Assembly (NCBI GenBank): GCA_963676915.2
Contig: CAXXVK010000024.1
Span: forward strand, 32,001 to 96,000
Reading direction: 5' to 3'
DNA length: 64,000 nucleotides
Source: Myxococcota bacterium
Lineage (GTDB): Bacteria > Myxococcota_A > SURF-8 > G963663525
In this document: positions 19,093 to 27,456 of the stretch, one piece after another
Numbering within the stretch: position 1 is the stretch's first letter
Layout of the letters: the number at the start of each line of letters is the position of its first letter
Notes under the pieces: model-generated
Seen by the model: only the letters and a program-made list of their open reading frames with translations
What the model was told of the DNA's origin: nothing
Database searches by the model: none
Program-made: the position numbers and the translations under genes

Positions 19093-20133
19093 TTAGGCTG
19101 GAGGATCGAGCAAGTAATAGTAAAGATTGAGCTTCTCAAGCCCATCCACGGGAACCGACAAACGGTTGACGACGACATGGCGACCATCGAATATTCGCAG
19201 GTTTTCGTCAAGTTTTCGGGCGGCATCTGTCGGTAGATCCCGTTGGAGATTTTCGACGGTCAGGCCGTTTTTCCACAGACTGAAATCCACTTCCGAGCAT
19301 TTGTGGATGTCGGAAGAGTCGGGGTGATCGATCCGCTGGATATAGATGAAATCGTGCAGTCCCTTGTTGCGGGGGCCGTCGAGCCATTTCCCGATCAACG
19401 GGTGCTCGGCGAATTCGGTGCGTAGCGTTGGGGCATCGAGAAAATCGTAAAGATAATACAGTTTGATCCCACGAATTCCTGTTCCTGAAAAATCCAGGCC
19501 GAGCAGATGCAAACGCTTTAGGGAGGTCTGCGGCGACAAAGGGAGACGGTTCGGGAAAAAGTGCTTTAGAAACAAAGACTTCAACTCTTGCAAGCCTTGC
19601 GGAAACTGAAAATACAGTTTGAGTCGCCACCGTTGCGGGTCGGCATCGATTCCCCACAAAAGCTGTTCGACAAGGGGAGGGCGAGCCGGTTTTAAAAGTT
19701 GGGGTGAAAACGTTTTCGTATTTGGATCGAGAGCATCGAGACAAGCGGACAGCTTTTCGAGGACACCCGGTTGTGTGCTGGTGGTAAGTTGCGGATAACT
19801 GTAGGAAAAACGATACAAAGATGCGTTGTTGTCGTACAGCGACATCGAAAATTCCAACAGGTTCGAATACTGTTGCATGGCGTCGTCGAATTGCTCCAGC
19901 AGAATCGTTTCCATGTCCCGATAGGGAGAATCGTGCAGGCCGGAGTGTTTGCGCAGTCGTTCGAAATGTTCGTGACAAGCGGCGAGATCGACGCGGCGAC
20001 AGTCTTTGAAGCAGCCCCGGATTTCGGCTTTTTCTCCCTGTCGTCGCGGGAAGCAATCGAACCACTCCCGACACAGTCGGCAACGTGCCGTAGGTAGCTC
20101 GTGAGGGCCGGGATTGTCGTAAACGGAACTCAT
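19093..20133 (-). CDS. Hypothetical protein resembling LynF/TruF/PatF (ABBA-fold) prenyltransferases, with N-terminal Cys cluster
   Basis: LEFSMSL...YRFSY, QLLWGIDADPQRWRLKLYF, LLGLDFSGTGIRGIKLYY; CRLCREWFDC...CFKDC at N-terminus. Confidence 0.5.
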   Translation of the reverse strand: MSSVYDNPGPHELPTARCRLCREWFDCFPRRQGEKAEIRGCFKDCRRVDLAACHEHFERLRKHSGLHDSPYRDMETILLEQFDDAMQQYSNLLEFSMSLYDNNASLYRFSYSYPQLTTSTQPGVLEKLSACLDALDPNTKTFSPQLLKPARPPLVEQLLWGIDADPQRWRLKLYFQFPQGLQELKSLFLKHFFPNRLPLSPQTSLKRLHLLGLDFSGTGIRGIKLYYLYDFLDAPTLRTEFAEHPLIGKWLDGPRNKGLHDFIYIQRIDHPDSSDIHKCSEVDFSLWKNGLTVENLQRDLPTDAARKLDENLRIFDGRHVVVNRLSVPVDGLEKLNLYYYLLDPPA

Positions 20134-20340
20134 GCGCGGTCTTTCATTCGTGACGATTCCGCAATTGTACCGTTGGAAGCTCGTGTCGGTCAACCGGGTG
20201 GGACCATGCAACGATGATTTTGTATCGAAGAAGTGAGAAAAACCAACGAATCCGGAATTCTTCAAGATTTGTTGGGATGTGGGGGTAACGTTTACGTGGG
20301 TTGGACGAAGAATCTCCATGCCTACTACAAAGACAAAACG

Positions 20341-20369
20341 TGCGGACGGGGATACAATCCCCGTCCGTA
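20341..20369. repeat. REP-like palindrome, family B copy 1
   Basis: cggacggggat-aca-atccccgtccg; same stem at 37500-37524. Confidence 0.7.
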
Positions 20370-20441
20370 TGTTGAGTTTTATTGTTGCGTTGATAATCCG
20401 ACGTAAAGTGAAGAATTCAGGTTGAGAGGCATCAATCAATG

Positions 20442-20539
20442 GATGGGTGCCACGGTCTTCGATTCGAAGAATCGATGGCCGTGCAACCTATTGGAATCTC
20501 ACGGCCATTGCCCTCCGGGCAAAGACCGTGCCACCCGTC
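20442..20539. repeat. REP doublet (REPIN/MITE-like) inverted structure
   Basis: Two inverted units GGGTGSCACGGTCTT-[hairpin]-ATGGCCGTG separated by 16 nt. Confidence 0.75.
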
Positions 20540-20571
20540 AATGTTGTTCCATAGTATCCCGAGCAATTTTC

Positions 20572-23196
20572 TTACGGACTATCCGAGAGCCAAAGCTCCA
20601 ATTCGTATTCGTTGCCGACCTCTTGATTGGCTCCAACCACCTGCAAATAATAGTAGGCGAAAGCTTCGACATCGTAGATGATGTGTTCGTTGTTCGATCG
20701 GCTGGTGCTGGATAGGATCACGTTGTCGTAGCCATCGTACAGGTAGATGTCCAGGTCGCCCATTGCGTGAATAAACGTCACGTAAATGGTCAGTCGTGGC
20801 AACTGGCCACCCCAGTCGCTGGAACTGACGGGAATGGCGAACCAGTCCTCATCCTCGGGACAAATATAAAGGTTGGAGGTTACACCCATCGGTGCGATGG
20901 TTGGCCGGGACGAGCTGTCGTTGTCTTCGTAAATATCTTCACGACAACGCTTGATTTCCACGCTGTAAGCCACTTCGCGCGGGGTGATCGGCGGTGGGGC
21001 GAATTTCAGATAATGACGGCCACCGGGATTGACCACCTTGTCGAAGTACACGCCTCCATCCATCGAAATCGGATTTTGCACCGAAAACAGGCTGGTATTC
21101 AGGAAATGTGTGATCATCGGTTCGTCACCGACATCGTATCGGATGTACGCCTCGACGTGCTCGTTGTCGGCGAGATCCAGCGCCAGCCAGTCTTCGTCGT
21201 CCGGGCAGATCGTCATCTCGATGGTGCCTTGCTCCATTACGATCGCCTGTACCGTGCTGTCGTTGTCCTCGTAACCGTCCTCCGCACAGATGGCATCGAA
21301 CCCCTTTGCTACATACAATGTTCCCGACGTGGCGTAGTTGGAGAGGATATAGGCATACAGCAGGTAATCTCCTGCGGTTTCAGCCGTATAGACGAGCACT
21401 TCGTTGTCCGATGTCGAATCGCTACGTTTGACTTCTTCGCCGTTGGCGTTCACCAAGCGAAGGTCGATGTTGCCGTCTTCCTGCTGGAAGGTCAGGTCCG
21501 CTCGAATGGTTTCTCCTTGATCGAGATGGTAGGAGAAGATGTCGGCGTCCCAGGGACAGAATTGAAGCGAAATGGCGGTATCGACAAGTCCCGTGGTGGC
21601 ATCTTCGGGAAGGTTGTTGGGTTCGTACTCGTCGTTGGTGCATCCGCCATAAGGCGTTACGTGAACGTTGATGCTATAGGGAGAGCGCCAGCCGGTCCAA
21701 AGGGACCGATGCGTCACATAAATAATGTGTTGGCCCCCTTCATTCAGGGGAACCGTATAGGACACCGAACCTTCGAAGGTATCTTGGTTGAAACAGCGCA
21801 TTTGCACCGGGTTGACGGGAATCAGGCAGATTCGGATGTGTCCGTACATCTCAGAGGTAAAACTGACCTCCACTTCATCCCGATCATCCAGCACGATGGA
21901 ATAGTAATCGCTGTCGTCTTCACACAAAATAAGATCCTGGAACAATCCGGCGTGCAATTCGGCGGGGTCTTCCAAAGAAGACGGTTCGTAAGGATCGTCC
22001 AGACAGGCCGGGACATATTCCTCTTCTTCCACGTCCGCAAGCTCGATTTCCGATTCTTCCTCCTCCTCGTCTTCCCAGGTTTCTTCCTCGAACTCCTCTT
22101 CGTCCGGTTGCTGTGGATCTTCGATGGTCACATACAAGCTGTAAAGATTACGCACACCGCTTCCCTGTCCGCGCACCATGACGTACGCGGTGGAGGCCCA
22201 AGTGGTTTCGTAGCTGATTTCCTCGAAATTCTCGGTCGTGTTGCTGGCCAGCAGAATGCTGTTGCTGTCATCGCGCACGGCCAGGGAGAGATCGCCGAAG
22301 GAATAGGTATAGGTGATTTTTACCGTGACGACTTTGTCCGCTCCTACTTCGAAGGAGAACCAGTCGATATCCGAAAGACAGATCGACAGGTCTTCGTACT
22401 CACCGGGATCGATCCAGCTTGCCTGACTTTGGTACTGATTGTTGGCTTCCGCATCGAAGACATCGATAGGACAAACCCAGGTGGTTTCGTCGGCGTCTCG
22501 CTCGATTTCCTCTTCCACCTCTATTTCTTCCGCTTCCGGTTCGGTTTCTTCTTCGCCCTCCCCTTCGCTTTCTATCTCTTCCGCTTCAATTTCGATTTCC
22601 TCTTCGTCGAAATCTTCGAATTCTTCCTCTTCGAAATCGTTTTCTACTTCCTCATCGGGTACTTCTTCGCAGTATGCGCCACCCGCGCCGGGGTCGATGC
22701 AGTCGCCGGGGCAGACTTCGGTCCCCGCCAGGACGCATTTCGGAATGCAATCCGGCGCGGCGGTGAACGTGTGTTCGTAACGAACCCGCTGGCTTCCGAC
22801 ACAGAGATATCCGGATTCTCCCGGAGTTCCGTTGGGGGGGAAGCAATTTCGAGGCTGCACGCCGTCACAGGTCAATTCGATTTCTTCCTCTTCTTCGGCG
22901 TCGTTTTCTTCGGTATCCGTTGCGTCCGTATCGACACCTTCTTCGGTGTCATCCAAGCTGTCGTCTTCCGTTTCGGCGGTGTTGTCGTCTTCATCCGCCG
23001 GAGTTACGGCTTCGTCCTCGTCTTCCTGTTCTTCTTCAATGTATGGATCTTCCGTGCTCTCGTCGGAAAGTTCATTTTCTTCGGAAGAATCGCCCGGAAT
23101 GATGGGGTTGGATTTCACACCATCCGTACACGCGAATGTTCCACCCAGGAAAAGCAGAAAAATAATAACGGGTAACCAGTTGATTTTACGGGTCAT
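20572..23196 (-). CDS. Large acidic lipoprotein with tandem PPC (pre-peptidase C-terminal)-like domains
   Basis: Lipobox TFAC; Glu/Asp-rich tethers; repeated C..D.YE.N / ICxxDxDW / GDLDIYLYD...S.SRSNNEHI units. Confidence 0.8.
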   Translation of the reverse strand: MTRKINWLPVIIFLLFLGGTFACTDGVKSNPIIPGDSSEENELSDESTEDPYIEEEQEDEDEAVTPADEDDNTAETEDDSLDDTEEGVDTDATDTEENDAEEEEEIELTCDGVQPRNCFPPNGTPGESGYLCVGSQRVRYEHTFTAAPDCIPKCVLAGTEVCPGDCIDPGAGGAYCEEVPDEEVENDFEEEEFEDFDEEEIEIEAEEIESEGEGEEETEPEAEEIEVEEEIERDADETTWVCPIDVFDAEANNQYQSQASWIDPGEYEDLSICLSDIDWFSFEVGADKVVTVKITYTYSFGDLSLAVRDDSNSILLASNTTENFEEISYETTWASTAYVMVRGQGSGVRNLYSLYVTIEDPQQPDEEEFEEETWEDEEEEESEIELADVEEEEYVPACLDDPYEPSSLEDPAELHAGLFQDLILCEDDSDYYSIVLDDRDEVEVSFTSEMYGHIRICLIPVNPVQMRCFNQDTFEGSVSYTVPLNEGGQHIIYVTHRSLWTGWRSPYSINVHVTPYGGCTNDEYEPNNLPEDATTGLVDTAISLQFCPWDADIFSYHLDQGETIRADLTFQQEDGNIDLRLVNANGEEVKRSDSTSDNEVLVYTAETAGDYLLYAYILSNYATSGTLYVAKGFDAICAEDGYEDNDSTVQAIVMEQGTIEMTICPDDEDWLALDLADNEHVEAYIRYDVGDEPMITHFLNTSLFSVQNPISMDGGVYFDKVVNPGGRHYLKFAPPPITPREVAYSVEIKRCREDIYEDNDSSSRPTIAPMGVTSNLYICPEDEDWFAIPVSSSDWGGQLPRLTIYVTFIHAMGDLDIYLYDGYDNVILSSTSRSNNEHIIYDVEAFAYYYLQVVGANQEVGNEYELELWLSDSP

Positions 23197-23359
23197 TGGA
23201 AGAATCCTTCTCGTTCGTTTCCACGTCGAACCGTTGTGAATCGTCGATCCGTGCCGTTAGACGTCTCCAACTTCAATAAATTCAAGGTAATTATACCGTA
23301 TCGACGCTCGGATGCATTGCCCTTTTCGAATCGTTTTGCAAAAATTGTTACCAAAACGC

Positions 23360-23388
23360 AAAAAAGCCCGCCGGTAACCCGGCAGGCG
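23360..23388 (-). terminator. Probable intrinsic terminator of rpsT
   Basis: Minus strand gcctgccggg-tta-ccggcgggc-tttttt. Confidence 0.65.
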
Positions 23389-23425
23389 TAATGATAGCGC
23401 TAGAAGCAATCGTCGGAAACGAAAA

Positions 23426-23707
23426 TTACTCGGCAGCGATTTCCGCGAGAATCTTGTTGACGGTCTTCGCCAAGCGACTGATATGACGCGAAGCGTTTTT
23501 CTTGTGGAGGATTCCCTTCGACGCCGCTTTATCGTACAGCTTGCTGATTTTCGGGAAAGCCGTCTGAATCTCTTCCGCCGTTCCCGTGTCGAGCAGAGCG
23601 AAGAACTTTTTCAATTCCGTACGCAAGGTGCTTATTTTGTGGCGATTGCGTAAACGGGCTTTTTCATTGGTCTTAATGCGTTTGATTGCCGACTTGTGGT
23701 GTGCCAC
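23426..23707 (-). CDS. rpsT: 30S ribosomal protein S20
   Basis: AHHKSAIKRIKTNEKARLRN, DKAASKGILHKKNASRHISRL. Confidence 0.97.
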   Translation of the reverse strand: MAHHKSAIKRIKTNEKARLRNRHKISTLRTELKKFFALLDTGTAEEIQTAFPKISKLYDKAASKGILHKKNASRHISRLAKTVNKILAEIAAE

Positions 23708-23766
23708 AACGTCCTCCTTTGAATCGTATCATTTCAGCCATTCACGTTCAGGTGAATGGACTCATC

Positions 23767-23795
23767 TTTTTAAAGACCGTAACGAGGATTGTCAA
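23767..23795 (-). promoter_or_regulatory. Sigma70-like promoter of rpsT
   Basis: TTGACA-17 nt-TAAAAA on minus strand. Confidence 0.55.
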
Positions 23796-24333
23796 GCAAA
23801 TTCCCTTCTTTTTTGCCTGTCGTGTCAAAACGTTCGCCTTCTTGACACATCTTCGCCAACGCTGCATTCCACGAGTCGGAGTCGGCGATCAGGCAAGACC
23901 ATCCTGAGCTTCCGCATTCATAACGCCAGAACTCAAGCACGAGGCCAACCACCTGCGATGAAAGCGGCTCTCCATACTGCCGGATTCGGAACAGCCCCAA
24001 GGCTTTTTCTTTTGCAGCGTTTCGGTAGATGTCCTCCACGGCCAGCGCAGCCACTGCAAGGGTGAAATCATCTGAATTTTCGGTGAGATAGCCAATCAAT
24101 GCGTTTCGGTTGTCGTGCTTGACGAGTTGCAGGCTGGCATCGGCTACAAGTCTCAACTGCCCTATAAAACACGCTTTTTCAAATCCTGTCATCCTCAATC
24201 GTCGGAGAAATTCTTCGTCGGAGAACCCCGGAACCTTCGCTTGAAAGGTTTCCATGAATCGAGTCAGGCATGGGCTTTCCAACGTAATGGGGGAAAAGCG
24301 CCGGTTGAGTTTTTCGAGGGTCGTCCACGGCAT
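23770..24333 (-). CDS. Hypothetical protein
   Basis: 187-aa ORF starting 2 nt after the MMPL stop codon; no recognised motif. Confidence 0.55.
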   Translation of the reverse strand: MPWTTLEKLNRRFSPITLESPCLTRFMETFQAKVPGFSDEEFLRRLRMTGFEKACFIGQLRLVADASLQLVKHDNRNALIGYLTENSDDFTLAVAALAVEDIYRNAAKEKALGLFRIRQYGEPLSSQVVGLVLEFWRYECGSSGWSCLIADSDSWNAALAKMCQEGERFDTTGKKEGNLLDNPRYGL

Positions 24334-24335
24334 GT

Positions 24336-26672
24336 TCAGCCCTCCACGGTCTGGGGATGAGTCGGCAGGACGGGTACTTCGTAGCTGGAAGGCTCTTGGC
24401 TCGGCTCCAGGAATCGAGGACGTAGCCAGAGAACGAGCGAAGGCAGCAGCGCCATAGCTCCGGCCAGACAGGCTCCGATGCTTACGAAGACCAGGAACCC
24501 GAAGAACTGAACCGGGAGGAACGAGGAAATCATCAGCACGGCGAATCCGACGATCACCGACAGGGCGTTGAACACGATGCCACGTCCGGTGGTGGTCAGG
24601 GTTTCTACGACGGCTTTGCGGGCTTCCAGTCCACGTTCTCGTTCTTCTTTGTATCTCCAGAGGAAATGAATGGTGTAATCGACGCCGACGCCGATCATGA
24701 TGCTGCTGAGCATGGCGGTGGTGACGTTAAGCTCGATATTCATCAACCCCATCAGTCCAAACAGCACCATCATGGCGAGAACCAAGGGAACGCAGGCCAT
24801 CAGTCCGGCGGTGACGGAGCGGAACAGCAGCCCCACGAGAAGGAAAATGGCCAGCAGCGACAAAGACAGGCTGACGAGTTGCCCGCGAACCACTTCCTCG
24901 GCCATGTCGGAAAATACGTTGGCCATGCCGCCTACCACGGTGAACGGCGCGTCCGGGTGATTGTCTACATAGGTTTTGGCGTGATCGACGACCGAGCTGA
25001 TCGCTTTTGTCGTGTGGTTGTTGACCCGAGCCGTGATGTTCGCATGTTTGTAAGGAAAATCAATGAGTTTGTCGAAGTCGTCCGGTTCGCCACTCATGGA
25101 ATACAGTAGAAAGTATTGGGCGATGGCGTCACGGGAATCGGGAACCGTATTGTAGGCCGGGTCGTCGTCGTGCATGACTTCGTTCATGTCCCGCACGATT
25201 TCCGAAATCGAGGTGACGACATCCACGTCGGGGTGTTTTTCCATGTGTCGGTGCAAGTCGTCGATGGCGTTCATGACCTTCGGGGATTTGATGTCCCCGT
25301 CGGCAACGATCGACACCGCGAAATTTCCGCCGAAGTGGTCGTTGATCAGGTTGGCGCCTTCACGGACCGGTGCGCCTTCCGGGTAGTAGTTGACCGAATT
25401 CGTATCCACGGAAATCAGGAAGATTCCGCCGGAAATCCCCAGAGCTACCACCACGAACAGGGCGACAATCGTTTTTGGGAAACGAACGATGCCATTCGCC
25501 AGCCGATGCAGCAGGCGTTCGAGCATTCGGGGCTGGTCGCTTGAATCACCGGACTGGAGTTGCACCGGTTTGGCGCGAGGGAGGACGGTTTGCACGGCAG
25601 GGAGGAAAAACAGGCTGGCCAGCAGGGCAAAAGCCACACCCGCCGAAGCCAGGTACCCCATTTGTTCGGCAGGGATCAGGATATGGCTGCTCAAACACAG
25701 CAGCCCGGCAATGGTGGTCACGCCGGTCACGAGCACCGGTTTGGCCATGGCCAATACACCTTTTTTCGCCAGATCTCGGCGGCTTTCACGATTGCCGGGC
25801 AGATTGTCTTCCTGGTAACGGGCCACCATGTGAATGCCGTAATCGTTGGCCACGGCGATCAGCATGACGGGGAGGATCACCGTCACGACCATGATTTTCC
25901 AACCCAACAGCGGTATCAATCCCATGGAAACGACCACGGCCATGATCGTGATGAGAAACGGCAGCAACACGCCCCGAAGTTGTCGGAAACACAGGTAAAA
26001 GAAGATCAACATGACTAGCAGGCCGATCGGCATAAACGTCCGCATGTCGCGACCGATATCTTTCCCTATATTGGACCGAATGTACGGCGCACCACCAACA
26101 TGAACGGCTTCGGGGCCGGGAAATTCTTCGAGCAAAGCATCCAGTTTGCTCAGGACTTCGCCGTCGGTGGCGTCGGCATTCAGAAAACCTACGATGGAGG
26201 CGTGCTTGAAATCTTTCGAAATGACGCGACCATACACTTGATCGTTGTCCATCAGGGTGCGTCGAAGGGCTTCGCGGTCGGCTTTCGTTTTCGGGAGGGT
26301 CTCGATCGCCGGGTTGACGATCATCTCTCCGTCTCGACCATGGATATCTTTCAATGCGAACGGACTGAACACTTTGTCCAATTCCATCATACGTTCGAAG
26401 CGGTCGGAAAGTTTTTCGATACGTGCCAGCGTATCCGCATTGAGTACATCATCCGTCGAGAACGTCACGATCAGCATGTCGGTGCCGCCGAACAGTTCCT
26501 CGATGCGATCCAACGATTTGCGGGCGGGCATATCGTCGGGCATCTGGTTGGTCATTTCCGGGTCTACTTCCATTTTCGGCAGTTGAGCTGCAAAAAAGGC
26601 CGTGATTCCCAGAAATACGAAAATTGTGACCCAGGGATGTCGGACGACGGCGTTTGCGAGTTTCTCTAGCAT
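24336..26672 (-). CDS. MMPL/RND-superfamily transporter
   Basis: Two membrane repeats with ANDYGIH and GVGVDYTIH motifs, TTIAG, large periplasmic loops. Confidence 0.93.
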   Translation of the reverse strand: MLEKLANAVVRHPWVTIFVFLGITAFFAAQLPKMEVDPEMTNQMPDDMPARKSLDRIEELFGGTDMLIVTFSTDDVLNADTLARIEKLSDRFERMMELDKVFSPFALKDIHGRDGEMIVNPAIETLPKTKADREALRRTLMDNDQVYGRVISKDFKHASIVGFLNADATDGEVLSKLDALLEEFPGPEAVHVGGAPYIRSNIGKDIGRDMRTFMPIGLLVMLIFFYLCFRQLRGVLLPFLITIMAVVVSMGLIPLLGWKIMVVTVILPVMLIAVANDYGIHMVARYQEDNLPGNRESRRDLAKKGVLAMAKPVLVTGVTTIAGLLCLSSHILIPAEQMGYLASAGVAFALLASLFFLPAVQTVLPRAKPVQLQSGDSSDQPRMLERLLHRLANGIVRFPKTIVALFVVVALGISGGIFLISVDTNSVNYYPEGAPVREGANLINDHFGGNFAVSIVADGDIKSPKVMNAIDDLHRHMEKHPDVDVVTSISEIVRDMNEVMHDDDPAYNTVPDSRDAIAQYFLLYSMSGEPDDFDKLIDFPYKHANITARVNNHTTKAISSVVDHAKTYVDNHPDAPFTVVGGMANVFSDMAEEVVRGQLVSLSLSLLAIFLLVGLLFRSVTAGLMACVPLVLAMMVLFGLMGLMNIELNVTTAMLSSIMIGVGVDYTIHFLWRYKEERERGLEARKAVVETLTTTGRGIVFNALSVIVGFAVLMISSFLPVQFFGFLVFVSIGACLAGAMALLPSLVLWLRPRFLEPSQEPSSYEVPVLPTHPQTVEG

Positions 26673-26687
26673 GTCTTTCTCCTTAAA

Positions 26688-26768
26688 ATGAACCTGAACT
26701 CAACTTCATATTTGTGACGGTACCGTGATGTGCGAGGTTTGTCAAGATGAATTTGAGTTCAGATTCAC
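26688..26768. promoter_or_regulatory. Two inverted copies of a putative TetR operator in divergent promoter region
   Basis: atgaacctgaactcaacttcat (26688-26709) and atgaatttgagttcagattcac (26747-26768, reverse complement gtgaatctgaactcaaattcat). Confidence 0.75.
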
Positions 26769-26826
26769 TTTTTCCGTTGATTTTTTTCTCTCGGGTTGTT
26801 ATTTATGGAATAAGAGGAGGCAAGAC

Positions 26827-27447
26827 ATGACACCGAAGACTGTCAGCAAACCGAAACAAGCCCGTTCGATTCGTACGAAAGAGAAGATCATCGAAGCCGG
26901 AACGAAGCTGTTTTCCGAGATCGGTTACCGGAAAACCGATTCCAAGAAAATCGCCGAAACCGCCGGGGTGGCGATCGGTAGTTTTTACAATTACTTTCCC
27001 GATAAAAAGCAGTTGCTGCTAGAAATCTTCCGTCGCCATCTGGAAGATGCCCATAACGCAACCATGGGATTGAAAACCTTCGACGCCACCAAGCAAGACC
27101 CCAAGGCGTTTTTAGCCGGAATGTTGCGACATATTCTGAAACAGCACAAAGAAGGACCGGCTTTTCACCTGGAAATGGATCTGATGAAAAGCAGCGACGA
27201 GGATTTTTTCCAGCTTCATTTGGAAGAACAAACCAAGATCTTAGGGGCGGTGCAAGCCATGCTCGACAACAACCGCTCGGTTTTTCGTATCAAAGATACG
27301 GAGGCGGCGGCTTATGTCCTCGTTACATCCATCGAGGCCGTATTTCACTCCATGCTGCTTTTCGAGCCGCCTGTTTCTCAGGAACGGGTTCTGGCCGAGT
27401 TGACGGACAGTTTTATTCGTTACCTTCACCCTGATGATGGAGTATAA
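26827..27447 (+). CDS. TetR/AcrR family regulator
   Basis: PKQARSIRTKEKII...IAETAGVAIGSFYNYFPDKKQLL; GAGGAGG RBS. Confidence 0.94.
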   Translation: MTPKTVSKPKQARSIRTKEKIIEAGTKLFSEIGYRKTDSKKIAETAGVAIGSFYNYFPDKKQLLLEIFRRHLEDAHNATMGLKTFDATKQDPKAFLAGMLRHILKQHKEGPAFHLEMDLMKSSDEDFFQLHLEEQTKILGAVQAMLDNNRSVFRIKDTEAAAYVLVTSIEAVFHSMLLFEPPVSQERVLAELTDSFIRYLHPDDGV

Positions 27448-27456
27448 GACAGGGGG

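Noticed and set aside
20134-20571. RiPP precursor peptide upstream of the prenyltransferase-like gene
   Set aside because: Only very short ORFs without RBS were found; the region is occupied by palindromic repeats
20767-23175. 802-aa antisense ORF (similarly 52748-55072, 14563-16260, 48811-50088, 5159-6196)
   Set aside because: They mirror real genes codon for codon; biased codon usage suppresses antisense stops, and the translations have no motifs
23335-23356. Sigma54 promoter upstream of the PPC lipoprotein (TTGGTAACAATTTTTGCA, minus strand)
   Set aside because: GG-GC spacing is 11 nt rather than the required 10
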